A DNA stretch of 64,000 nt from a virus (IMGVR_UViG_3300032038_000016:1-64000); one strand, 5' to 3'; positions 17,970-27,642 are shown, counted from the first letter of the stretch. Program-made: numbers and translations. The notes: generated by a model not told the origin, from the sequence alone.

Positions 17970-19490
17970 CTATATCTTCTACCCATTCAATGAAGTTTGT
18001 CTTTGTTGCTGCATTAGAAAAGTATTTCTTTCGAGAGCGTAACCAGTATTCATCCATCTTAACTGACATATCATAGATGTCGTAATAATGGCATTCTTTT
18101 CCACAATAACGGATTCGACCAAATACTTGTTTTGCAACAATCTTTGATACAAATGGAGAACAACATATGATGTCCGTAATCCCAGGAATATCAGTACCAG
18201 TACCACAGGAAGAGATTGTCGTAACAATTACATCTGCATGTTTATTATCATTATTCTCCGATTTGGAATTCTTAGAATTAATTGTACGGATTGTCAAATC
18301 ATATGGGAAGGATTCATCATAGTTCAATCCTTTGGTTAAGAAGTATGCACACTCTGTACACAAATCAATCAATGGCATAAACAACAATACTTTCGCTGTC
18401 TCATTCTTTTCATAAATCATTTTCAAGATGTCACGACAGCATTTGAAATGTCGTTGTTGTTTGTCATATTGAATCACCCATTTTCCATATGATACCGTAT
18501 TCATCCCACGTCCACCATTTACCTTGTATCGATAGATGTTTGGTTTGACATGGGTGTTCAAAGCCACGATGTTATACTCCACCCATTTGGATGGTTGGTT
18601 GGATGTTAATAACATGGATGGTTTGTAGAATGTCGTATTCGCAAATACATGGCGGAAGATTGCATTCTCACTCTTGGATGAACGACCATCGGTTGCTGTG
18701 AGATATAAGTTTCTACCAACGTTGAATACAAAGTCCATCATCAACGTATCACGGAATTCCAAATGTGCCTCATCAATAATTTTCAATCCAATTCCAAGAT
18801 TCTTAGTGATGTTTCCAGCATCTTTTAAGTTACCAATTCGCTTTAATCCAGCACGGAAGGTTGCATGCGTCATTAGGTAAACATCGTAATCAAATTCGTG
18901 GTTGTCATGTGCAATATCATACAACTCTTGAGAATCTGCAATCTCGTGAACTTCATCATCTGATAAACCACACATGTTGTACAATGAATTCAACCATTGC
19001 TTTCGTAATGAATCACGATGCATAATAATCAATGTTTTCATACCATATTGACATGCTGCAACACCCGAACAATAAGTTTTGTCATTTAACCGAAACCGGG
19101 ATCTTTGACCAAGAAGATTTGTCGATCATTCTGATTGGATTCATGATGGTTTCTTCCAACGATAAAGTTGATACAATCCACTTGCTCGTTGTTACGAGGA
19201 GCAACAATCTCCTCGTATTCAAATTGCATGGGACGAGCATCATCCGCTGGTTCATAAATCACTTTTGCATTTCCCAATAATCGGTGAATATAGCTAATGT
19301 CAACTCCTTTGTGGAAGTATAACAAGTCTTGCGGCTCGTCATAGATATATCCCAATGTCTTGGTTTCTTCCACATACTCATCATCATATGTTAATAAGTT
19401 AATCAGTGGAGTTAACAATTCCGAAGCTTCACCTCCAGGATATACAGTAACAGACGTACATCTTACATGAATTTCAAACCCAGTATTCAT
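17956..19490 (-). CDS. SF2 (UvsW-like DExH) helicase interrupted by an 8-nt insert in Walker A
   Basis: N-part 19490-19089 ends ...PRNNEQ...KDPGFG; the insert is 19088-19081; C-part 19080-17956 starts KTYCSG and contains DEAH, LTAT, GTGTDIPG and QVFGRIR. The joined product is 508 aa. Confidence 0.85.
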
Positions 19491-19521
19491 ATGGCATCAC
19501 CTCCTTTCAAATTCTAATACA

Positions 19522-20232
19522 TTAGTTAAGTCCACATTGATGATAGATCTCTTCTAATTCTTCGTTTGTAAACTCCGCATATTCGTTGGCACGTCTCTCT
19601 GCGGGAATCTCATTGTAATACATCATGTTGCAAACGTATTTGACGTCTTCTTGGGTTACACCTTTCCATTCACGATTGCGGTAGTCATCCATCTTCTTAT
19701 GAACTTCCTTATCGATTCTAGTTTCATCTTCTTCTTGTTGATCAAATTCGTCATTTGTCATTCCGGATTTCATGATATAATCAATCATATGTCCAAGTTC
19801 ATGACCAACCATCAATGTGAAATGTCTCAATACTGCATCTTCTTTACCGGGATTTCTCAAGAGGGTTCTGCAGATATCATCCAATGATACATAAATCACA
19901 ACATGATTGCAAACCAATATTCCGTCATTAATAATTCCATATGAACAATTTGCCATCGCTGGAGTTTTAGCACTCAGATAATGACGATTCTTAATATCAT
20001 TCAGAATTGTTTCATGAACATCATCCTCAGTATATCCCTTGATATTCTTTAATCGATCCATTTCAAAATTGAAATATTCACTTTCATGACAAACAATCAT
20101 ATCAATTTTCAAGTCGATGTTACCAAACTTCTCACGATGAGATTTCACAGGATCTGATTCTAAAATACGATTTACTTCTTTTCCTGCAAATTCTACAAGT
20201 TCATCGGAAATGTCATATTCATTTTTGATCAT
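19522..20232 (-). CDS. Zincin-like metallopeptidase
   Basis: GHELGH motif plus downstream ERRANEYA. Confidence 0.7.
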   Translation of the reverse strand: MIKNEYDISDELVEFAGKEVNRILESDPVKSHREKFGNIDLKIDMIVCHESEYFNFEMDRLKNIKGYTEDDVHETILNDIKNRHYLSAKTPAMANCSYGIINDGILVCNHVVIYVSLDDICRTLLRNPGKEDAVLRHFTLMVGHELGHMIDYIMKSGMTNDEFDQQEEDETRIDKEVHKKMDDYRNREWKGVTQEDVKYVCNMMYYNEIPAERRANEYAEFTNEELEEIYHQCGLN

Positions 20233-20284
20233 AATAAAAACTCCTTTCAAATGAATGTCCCGGGATATCCCGGGACATAATGGT

Positions 20285-22549
20285 TTATTCTACGGATGCT
20301 CTGATAACTTTTACCCCAGGTACATGTTTCGGACGAGTCGGCGGGGTGTTCATCGTCGTTGGTTGGATACTTTCTACATTGATAGATGATACACGACCAT
20401 CTGCATGATTCAGCGTCACTTTCTGGTCTTTCGATACACAGAAGACGGCAATTAAATCATCTTTCTCAGTCAGCTTGATGATGGGACGGAGATCACCAAA
20501 CTTCTTACCGGAGATCAAGAAGCGAGATTCATTCACTCTCACACGTCCCAATTGGGTGACATACATTAACAATGGCTTCTTGGGATTGATCATAAACATT
20601 CCAGCAGCACCATGGTCTTTAATGATGAATTGGCCCTGAGCATCAACACTCGATACCTCATTCAAATCGTTTAATGAGAAACGCTTTCCATATCCATCTG
20701 GAGTATACATCAACAAGTCACAATTGTTATCATGTACTTCTATGATGGATACTAATTCTTCACCATCATCCAACGGGATTAATGGCTTTCTCGTTGAACC
20801 AGTTGGAATACGATTAATTGGCATATACTTAATACGTCCACGATTACTCAACATGACAATTTTATTATCACTACTGGAAATGGCAGAGATGCATCTTCCC
20901 ATTTGTCCTTTGCCGATTGATGTTAATGTCAACTTGGTACTGTGTGGAACCTTATTCGTATTAACCCAAATGAAGTTACCAAATTCATCAATCAAACAAA
21001 CATCATCACCCGTAATGGGAATTACATCCGATGATAAATGTTCCGGATTCTCTGTTTCTGTGAAGATAAATGAACCATTCGGAAGAATCTGTACAACACC
21101 AATATTGGGATTCTCATCATCATTCCGATTGATAATCTTGGATCTTCTGGGATATCCATACTTCTGTTTGATCTCCTTTAATTCGTTAATGATAACATCA
21201 TTCACCTTTTGGGGATCTTTGACAATCTCTTGAATACCGGTGAGTTCTTGTTCCAATTCTTTGATCTTATTTTCTGTCTTTAAGAACTCTTCATGTGTCA
21301 ACTGATACATCTTAACATCCATCATATATCTGGCTTGTGATGTTGATACATGACCCTTGAATACTGTCGTTAATGCTGGGATAATCTCATCACGTTTCTT
21401 ACAACCTTTGATGGTATTGATTGTCGTTTGCAGATTCTCGGGAGATAACATAAACATCTTACCTTCCAACATGTTGAGTTCCGTTGTCAATGCAACAATT
21501 CTACGCAAGAACCAAGAACGTTTCGATTGTACACGAGAACGAATCCACGCCAACAGAATCTGCTTGATGTTATACTTATGCGTCATTCCACCATCTACGA
21601 CAACCATGTTTCTTGTTGATATGGAAGAACGTAATCCATCCACACGTTTGAACAGCTTATTCAGTACCTGATACAAATTACACGGTTTACAACGAATCAC
21701 ATATCTCACTTCGCCTTTGACCAGATTTGATTCATCATCTGCAGATATAATTTCAGAGATGGGATTATTCGAATCTTGGATTGCGCATAAACGCTTGTGG
21801 ATATCGGTTAAGAATTCTTTGTACGGAGTATTCTTGAATGTGATTACATAATTGACATTGTCAATATCAAATGTTGATTGGAACCAAAACGATTCATCAT
21901 CTTTAATAATGATATCACACCCTGTTGGAGAGTCTGGTACAAGATGGATGTTTGCTTTCGGGTTCTTTAACAGTTTGATGGTGGCATCTGCAATCTCATT
22001 CAGATTATACGGATAGATTTCACTACTTAAGGTATATCCAATTCCCATACTTCCGTTCAATAAGATGATTGGGAATTTCGCAGGGAATCTAACGGGTTCT
22101 TCTGCTGTGTCATCATAATTGGGCTTCATGTCTACCTTACCATCAAATTCTGACAATAATACATCATATGCAAATTCGGAGATAGACACCTTCCAATATC
22201 TACCAGCTGCAGAGTCATAACCAGTCGTTGCCGTACCAGCATTACCATGTGCGGTTAATAACGGAATATTGTTGGAGAATGTTTGTGCCAATCCCGCAAA
22301 GATATCTTTCATACCAAGTTCACCATGAGGAGAATACTTCAACGTCTGACCACCTGCTGTCGCAACAGTTGCGGCAGCATTCTTTGCATAGTTCTTGTAC
22401 AAGGTATACAGAATACGACGATGAATCAGTTTTAATCCATCATACACGTCAGGGATACTACGCTGGAGGTTAATGTTAATTCCATACAATTGCATATATC
22501 GCTCTGACATGGGATACATTTCTTCGGTTGTGATTCTTTCATCATTCAT
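20285..22549 (-). CDS. gyrA: Type II DNA topoisomerase (gyrase/topo IV) subunit A
   Basis: RSIPDVYDGLKLIHRRILY, YSPHG, AAGRY (catalytic Tyr), PIILLNG and beta-pinwheel-like C-terminal repeats. Gyrase versus topo IV is not resolvable by eye. Confidence 0.88.
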   Translation of the reverse strand: MNDERITTEEMYPMSERYMQLYGININLQRSIPDVYDGLKLIHRRILYTLYKNYAKNAAATVATAGGQTLKYSPHGELGMKDIFAGLAQTFSNNIPLLTAHGNAGTATTGYDSAAGRYWKVSISEFAYDVLLSEFDGKVDMKPNYDDTAEEPVRFPAKFPIILLNGSMGIGYTLSSEIYPYNLNEIADATIKLLKNPKANIHLVPDSPTGCDIIIKDDESFWFQSTFDIDNVNYVITFKNTPYKEFLTDIHKRLCAIQDSNNPISEIISADDESNLVKGEVRYVIRCKPCNLYQVLNKLFKRVDGLRSSISTRNMVVVDGGMTHKYNIKQILLAWIRSRVQSKRSWFLRRIVALTTELNMLEGKMFMLSPENLQTTINTIKGCKKRDEIIPALTTVFKGHVSTSQARYMMDVKMYQLTHEEFLKTENKIKELEQELTGIQEIVKDPQKVNDVIINELKEIKQKYGYPRRSKIINRNDDENPNIGVVQILPNGSFIFTETENPEHLSSDVIPITGDDVCLIDEFGNFIWVNTNKVPHSTKLTLTSIGKGQMGRCISAISSSDNKIVMLSNRGRIKYMPINRIPTGSTRKPLIPLDDGEELVSIIEVHDNNCDLLMYTPDGYGKRFSLNDLNEVSSVDAQGQFIIKDHGAAGMFMINPKKPLLMYVTQLGRVRVNESRFLISGKKFGDLRPIIKLTEKDDLIAVFCVSKDQKVTLNHADGRVSSINVESIQPTTMNTPPTRPKHVPGVKVIRASVE

Positions 22550-22572
22550 GATATCACCATTCCTTTCTTCAT

Positions 22573-24399
22573 TTAAATTGTACCTATATTGGCATCGATA
22601 AATTCACAATAATCCGTGATACTTGGAAGATGGAACCACTCATACACCACTGATGCAATGTTTCCATTCTTATACGCATTGAAGATTGGACCACTCATAT
22701 CCTTCTTGTGAATTTCTTTCTTTTCCTCACTCGTCCAAGTATACTTCTGATTGAACGACCGATTCAATACACGTGTATCCGGACTTGTGAATACTGCATT
22801 ATCAATGATACATTTATATTCCAACGACATAGGATCTTGATTCTCACCCATCTTCGTGGATGGATAATATGCCTTCGCATCAGCATCCAATGAACCATAA
22901 ATGATATTGTTTGTTCGTTTCCCGTTAATCACCAAGCCAGTCTTTGCATTTAAAGATGTTTCGGCAACAAACGCACCCTCATATGCCGTATCAATTCCTT
23001 CGGGCACTAACAAACGACAAGACTGAACAAATCCCTCTTTCTCAAAATAATATTCTCGAGAATTACGGACGATGTGTGTCTCTTGGAAGCACTTTGAGAA
23101 TTGTGTACAGAACGTATACGAACGAGAAGCAAACGCACCAGCATCTCCACTATTGATGGCGACTGCTAACTGAGCAACAGTATCACGCATATTATACAAC
23201 AGGAACTTGATAAAGTCGGTATATGCGAATTCACGGAATGTACCACTTTTCGTATCCGATAACTTTGTGATTCCTGATGTTGTTTTCGCCACATAGTTTA
23301 AGGAATAAGAACGCAAGGCTTGTTGTGACTTTCTGGTTGCTGCATACAGTCTCTCTTGACAAAGATACTGAGTATAAGATGATGCATAAAAGAAGTCTTT
23401 CGAGTTCTTAATTTCCGCATCTGGATTATGATCCATTGAGAAGTATAATGAGCTTGTCTTAAATTCTTTTGGGATCATAAATTCACGAGGATCATACCCC
23501 AACCAAGCAATCCGGTTCATCAAGTAATTGTCATCAAACGGGGCATTCCACGACATAGTGAACCAAGGACGATACTTGCGAATATACTCGAATATCGTTT
23601 TGATCATAACAATTTCTTCTTCGAACGGATACAAATGCACACGCACCTCATATCCTTTCAAGTATTTCTGATTGTCTTGATCTGTGTCAATGATCATACG
23701 TTTAAACTCATCCAAATGTCCATTTAACCATTCCCATGCAGAACGTTGCTTATTTAATAATTCATGGAACTTCGGATGCAATTGTGAATTCGGACGGGGA
23801 CCTAACACAAATAATACTGCAATCTTTGCTTCTTCAAGAATCAACGATACTGCATTGATGGGTTGTGGTGCTTGCTCATAATTTCGTGGATCAATACTAC
23901 GGTCCAAAACATCAACCTCAATATCCAAGTATGCTGATTTTACCTTTGAGATATCATAATCCTTTCCAAACTGGTTGATCCATCTCAATCGGAAGTACAC
24001 ATCTTCTTTGAAGTCTGCTTTGAATACCCATGGACACTCACACATCTTCTTTTTGACTTCGAATGGTCCAACTTGGTCTTTGAGTTGATAATAAAGTTGC
24101 CCCCATTCTCCACCAATCTCTTTTGCAATGGTTTCTGCAATCTTGGATGGTTTACACAGTACAGGATAACAATCCTCCATCTTCGCTTGAGCAATCTGAT
24201 ATTGATTATCCCTCTTATCAGGTTTCAAGAACCAGATGTCAACAATTGCTTTTTCATATTTGACTTCTAAACGATTTGTGATTCCATCATAATAGACTAC
24301 TTCAAATTCTTCAGATGGTCTTCTCACGTATCTGACATCAAACAGCATACTTCCCTCTGGGTATTGTAATGGTCGATATACTGAAACTGGATCTGTCAT
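22573..24399 (-). CDS. Family B DNA polymerase, N-terminal subunit (exonuclease to motif A)
   Basis: ExoI LDIEVD, ExoII WNAPFDDNY, SYSLNYV, ExoIII YNMRD, YEGAFV and motif A DADAKAYYPS. Motifs B and C are absent. Confidence 0.85.
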   Translation of the reverse strand: MTDPVSVYRPLQYPEGSMLFDVRYVRRPSEEFEVVYYDGITNRLEVKYEKAIVDIWFLKPDKRDNQYQIAQAKMEDCYPVLCKPSKIAETIAKEIGGEWGQLYYQLKDQVGPFEVKKKMCECPWVFKADFKEDVYFRLRWINQFGKDYDISKVKSAYLDIEVDVLDRSIDPRNYEQAPQPINAVSLILEEAKIAVLFVLGPRPNSQLHPKFHELLNKQRSAWEWLNGHLDEFKRMIIDTDQDNQKYLKGYEVRVHLYPFEEEIVMIKTIFEYIRKYRPWFTMSWNAPFDDNYLMNRIAWLGYDPREFMIPKEFKTSSLYFSMDHNPDAEIKNSKDFFYASSYTQYLCQERLYAATRKSQQALRSYSLNYVAKTTSGITKLSDTKSGTFREFAYTDFIKFLLYNMRDTVAQLAVAINSGDAGAFASRSYTFCTQFSKCFQETHIVRNSREYYFEKEGFVQSCRLLVPEGIDTAYEGAFVAETSLNAKTGLVINGKRTNNIIYGSLDADAKAYYPSTKMGENQDPMSLEYKCIIDNAVFTSPDTRVLNRSFNQKYTWTSEEKKEIHKKDMSGPIFNAYKNGNIASVVYEWFHLPSITDYCEFIDANIGTI

Positions 24400-24550
24400 A
24401 TACCATTCCTCCTTTTCTGTATTTTGTATTTAACTGTCTTTTCTTACCTTCTTTCTATATTAACCTATCTACTACTTCACCCCGTCAATTAAACAATATA
24501 CATGTGTAAAAAACTTTTTCCAGTACCATACAAAATTTGTATTTTTTTTA

Positions 24551-24657
24551 ATTTTTCATATATGTACTATTAATATGACATTGGGAAACCAATTGTCTTA
24601 TTTAGTTCCAGGGAAATACAAATCACGATCCCTGTTTAATATAGTCCGAACATCCAC
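24551..24657 (+). repeat. 107-bp direct repeat copy 1: early promoter plus structured 5' leader
   Basis: 105/107 identical to 29166-29272. Contains ATATGTACTATTAATATGA, a GAAA-capped hairpin and a CAGGGA/TCCCTG stem. Confidence 0.92.
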
Positions 24658-24688
24658 CCTTATCCCATTCATTGAAGGAGGACGTCCA

Positions 24689-24898
24689 ATGAACAAGTTA
24701 ATCGAAAAAATCGGCAGAAGAACGTTATCTGCCGAGGAACGTGCTGAAATCTCCAAGAATTGGAAATCTCTTTCTCCATTAGAGAAACTCGAGATTGCAT
24801 GCCGAATCAGAGGAGTTAGCCGCTCAAGCACAGACACTGCGATGCTTTACATCGAAACAATCGAGATTTTGGAGGATCTCGAGAAGCGTTATGTGTGA
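24689..24898 (+). CDS. Small hypothetical early protein (69 aa)
   Basis: RBS AAGGAGG; MNKLIEKIGRR... Confidence 0.75.
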   Translation: MNKLIEKIGRRTLSAEERAEISKNWKSLSPLEKLEIACRIRGVSRSSTDTAMLYIETIEILEDLEKRYV

Positions 24899-25107
24899 CA
24901 GATTCTCTCTCCATATTGTGGAACATGATTTGTATACATTGGCCTGTTACAAGACCAGTGGGGCATCACGAGCCCATCATGTTAAACATGCCATTGTACA
25001 TTCGCATCACGAGCGAGGTAAACCGAGTACAAGGAAGTTAGGGTAGTCCCTTGCAATGGTTATGCCATGATAAAATTGTCCGAATAACCCGCCCCTAGGG
25101 GCGGGTT
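24899..25107 (+). ncRNA. Candidate structured ncRNA with repeated AUCACGA hairpin loops
   Basis: About 200 nt with no RBS-supported ORF, multiple stems, two GC-ATCACGA-GC hairpins, ending at a 22-nt perfect palindrome. Confidence 0.55.
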
Positions 25108-25141
25108 CCGAACTTTCATGTTTTAGAAAGGAGGTCCCATT

Positions 25142-25258
25142 ATGCATGAAACCAGAATTAATTGGCCACAGTTTACCATTCTCACGGCCAATTATAAGTT
25201 TCCCATTCTGTGCGGCGTTAAGCAAATCAGATGGGAGTTCGTCCCAAAGACGAATTAA
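25142..25258 (+). CDS. 38-aa peptide (not in ORF track)
   Basis: Strong RBS AGAAAGGAGGT; MHETRINWPQFTILTANYKFPILCGVKQIRWEFVPKTN. Confidence 0.55.
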   Translation: MHETRINWPQFTILTANYKFPILCGVKQIRWEFVPKTN

Positions 25259-25284
25259 AATAATGTAAGAAAGGAAGTGTTAAT

Positions 25285-25875
25285 ATGGCACTCGATCAAA
25301 ATGACAAGCAGTTCATTGCCGATATGATTCAGCAGAATAATCAAGCAATGATGACAAATGTCACACAGATGATTCAGCAATTGCAACCGCAGCAGATTCA
25401 GCAGGCTCCGGTACAGCAGTATGTTCCCCCACAGGTTCAGCAGGCACCAGTACAGTATATGCCTCAGCAGCAGCAGACCCAGCCACAGATTCAAATTATC
25501 CAGCCATCTAATGCAAACAGCTTCGGGAATATCACCCTTGAGCAATTAGCAACAATGCCGGATTATATGCGTCAGGCGTTCATTAACTATGCTGGGGAAG
25601 GTTCAGTAAGTCCGGAAGTACAGCAGTTGAAACAGGAACTTCAGGACTTGCGTGATGCCCAGATGATGCTGCTGTGGCAGAATCAGGCAAACCAATCCCG
25701 TCACCATTCTACCAAGAAAAAGGTTGCTATCGGTGTTGGTATTGTAGTTGGTGTCGGTGGTGTGGCGTATGCAGTTCATAAGATTTCTCACCGTCACGAC
25801 AAGGACAGAATGTTTGAAGCTGGTTTAGCAACCGCTAATCGCTTCATTGATGCAAAGTATGGCAAACCCGAATGA
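25285..25875 (+). CDS. Gln-rich protein with C-terminal TM helix
   Basis: QQAPVQ repeats; VAIGVGIVVGVGGVAYAV TM segment. Confidence 0.8.
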   Translation: MALDQNDKQFIADMIQQNNQAMMTNVTQMIQQLQPQQIQQAPVQQYVPPQVQQAPVQYMPQQQQTQPQIQIIQPSNANSFGNITLEQLATMPDYMRQAFINYAGEGSVSPEVQQLKQELQDLRDAQMMLLWQNQANQSRHHSTKKKVAIGVGIVVGVGGVAYAVHKISHRHDKDRMFEAGLATANRFIDAKYGKPE

Positions 25876-25907
25876 TGCATCAATGAATATGAAAGGAGGT
25901 GAACACC

Positions 25908-25994
25908 ATGACAGATATCAGACTTTTCCACGGAGACGATGATGATGACTTCGGCTTTGGTGATTTGGCCGAAACATTGGGTTCTGTAATGTAA
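25908..25994 (+). CDS. 28-aa acidic peptide (not in ORF track)
   Basis: RBS AAAGGAGGTGA; MTDIRLFHGDDDDDFGFGDLAETLGSVM. Confidence 0.6.
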   Translation: MTDIRLFHGDDDDDFGFGDLAETLGSVM

Positions 25995-26076
25995 GAAAAA
26001 ACATTCCCGCCCATATGGGCGGGAATACATATAATACTTCAAATGTGAAATTCAAGACAAAAGGAGTTGATCACAT

Positions 26077-26220
26077 ATGCATACCATCAATCAGTACACA
26101 TTGCGTGACTGTAAGCTCACAAAGTTTGCAGTTGTTAATAAGCACGCATCAAAAATCAAAGCTGAGCCAATTTCAGCTGTTGTAAAAAGACTGAATAACG
26201 CACTTGAAAAGAAAGTGTAA
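26077..26220 (+). CDS. 47-aa basic peptide (not in ORF track)
   Basis: RBS AAGGAG; MHTINQYTLRDCKLTKFAVVNKHASKIKAEPISAVVKRLNNALEKKV. Confidence 0.6.
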   Translation: MHTINQYTLRDCKLTKFAVVNKHASKIKAEPISAVVKRLNNALEKKV

Positions 26221-26299
26221 ATTCAGTAGTATGAAATCCGCAAATAGTCAAACTCACATTGAAGTTATTATATTTGTACATATGAAAGGAGTGAAAGTA

Positions 26300-26695
26300 A
26301 TGACTTGGAGTGAAGTAATCAAAGCAATTATTGACCTGGGTAGTTACCTGCATGATGTTGGAGCACCTGGTAAGGTCATGATTGACTTTGGAATCTACTA
26401 TGACGTGAACAATGGATTCGACCCTGTATTTGACAGGTATGATCCCATCGTCGGTATTCCTAATTCATCAAGATGCTCAGCTTGGTGGATTTTCAATGAC
26501 ACTGAGAATGACTGTATCTATCAGATTCGTTATAATGTTCTGGAAGACACAGCCAAACGCACAACCGTTTCGGAGGAAATTACGATCCGTAAGCCAAACG
26601 GTAAAATCGTATCAGCAAATAGTCGTCCGATTAAGAATATCAATGAGATTGGACGCAGACTTTGTTTACACAGAAAGGAGAAAAATCATGAATAA
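26300..26695 (+). CDS. Hypothetical early protein
   Basis: RBS AAAGGAGTG; MTWSEVIK... Confidence 0.75.
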   Translation: MTWSEVIKAIIDLGSYLHDVGAPGKVMIDFGIYYDVNNGFDPVFDRYDPIVGIPNSSRCSAWWIFNDTENDCIYQIRYNVLEDTAKRTTVSEEITIRKPNGKIVSANSRPIKNINEIGRRLCLHRKEKNHE

Positions 26696-27248
26696 GTATG
26701 ACGTGTTTGCAAAAATTGAAGAGGTATTTCGCAACCTCATTTCCAACCCTTGCTGGGGAACCCGCTCCAAGGAATTCATCACCTATCATGGAACTGATGA
26801 AATGAGAGCCCTATTCGGAAATCGCACATACCTCTCTGTCACAATCGACGAGACTTCAATGGAGTTCACCTGGGGAGTCATTGATGATGAAGAGGGTGAT
26901 GTTATCAGTTGTGTGTATGCCCTGATGCAGAATGGTGATGGACCGGTTGGATACGCATTGACTGAGAGCTATAAGGAACATGACTGGTATTCTCCGAGCT
27001 ATGATGCATATGCATTTTCATCTGACTTCATGCCGATGTTCATCAAGGAAATTGTTGGTCACATTCCGCCTATGATGAATTGGGACCCGATCGAGGAGGA
27101 CGATACCGAATGCACAACGTGCTCATGGGAAGACCTCGGCAGTTTCATTGGTGATGTCCTGAAGGAGACAATCGATGAGGGTATTATGCTGGATGATGAC
27201 GACGACGCTGACATTGCTGAGGTAGGAGGTGATGACAATGATGAATAA
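26688..27248 (+). CDS. Hypothetical acidic early protein
   Basis: RBS AAAGGAG; MNKYDVFAK... Confidence 0.75.
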   Translation: MNKYDVFAKIEEVFRNLISNPCWGTRSKEFITYHGTDEMRALFGNRTYLSVTIDETSMEFTWGVIDDEEGDVISCVYALMQNGDGPVGYALTESYKEHDWYSPSYDAYAFSSDFMPMFIKEIVGHIPPMMNWDPIEEDDTECTTCSWEDLGSFIGDVLKETIDEGIMLDDDDDADIAEVGGDDNDE

Positions 27249-27462
27249 GTATACAATTGTAAACCCCCGCTCTAGAGCGGGGGTTTACACCAAGGATGAA
27301 AATGTCCCTGTGAAGAAGTATACATATGAACCACCGAAGCCTAAGCACCATTGGCTCGTTACTATCTTTGCAAGTGCTTATCTAATCAATAAAATTATAA
27401 TCAGATGGGCCCACGGGCCCATCTGTATCATTTAAACTTAAACTGAAAAGAGGTGAATACAC

Positions 27463-27642
27463 ATGAATGCAACACCCGTTGAAATTAGTTGGAACGGTAA
27501 AGCCCCCGAAACAACCGAGGGCCAAACCACAACAGAATTCGACAAACCGTTTGTAATCAGCAAATTGGATTTGTCTATGGTAAATAGTTTGTTAGGAACC
27601 AATTTTAGACCAATGGTCTGGATTGGCATCCCTAAGAACTAA
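27463..27642 (+). CDS. 59-aa protein, paralogue of 31088-31270 (not in ORF track)
   Basis: RBS AAGAGGTGA; 44/59 identical residues to the 31088 ORF, with synonymous differences. Confidence 0.85.
   Translation: MNATPVEISWNGKAPETTEGQTTTEFDKPFVISKLDLSMVNSLLGTNFRPMVWIGIPKN

Noticed and set aside
22573-22860. Split intein or intron at the end of the PolB N-terminal gene
   Set aside because: No intein N-terminal block or intron-sized gap is visible; gyrA follows within 25 nt.
24575-24688. Shared N-terminal peptide MTLGNQLSYLVPGKYKS in ORFs 24575 and 29037
   Set aside because: It is the translation of the repeated promoter/leader. There is no RBS, and the real starts follow AGGAGG at 24689 and 29307. 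Leaderless translation from the ATG near +1 is not formally excluded, since both are in frame.
24990-25035. Hammerhead or other known self-cleaving ribozyme in the three-way junction
   Set aside because: Lacks the CUGAnGA/GAAA core and does not fit twister or pistol consensus by eye.
27229-27435. 68-aa ORF as a real gene
   Set aside because: It reads through two strong palindromes and has no recognisable features. It cannot be excluded, but is unsupported.
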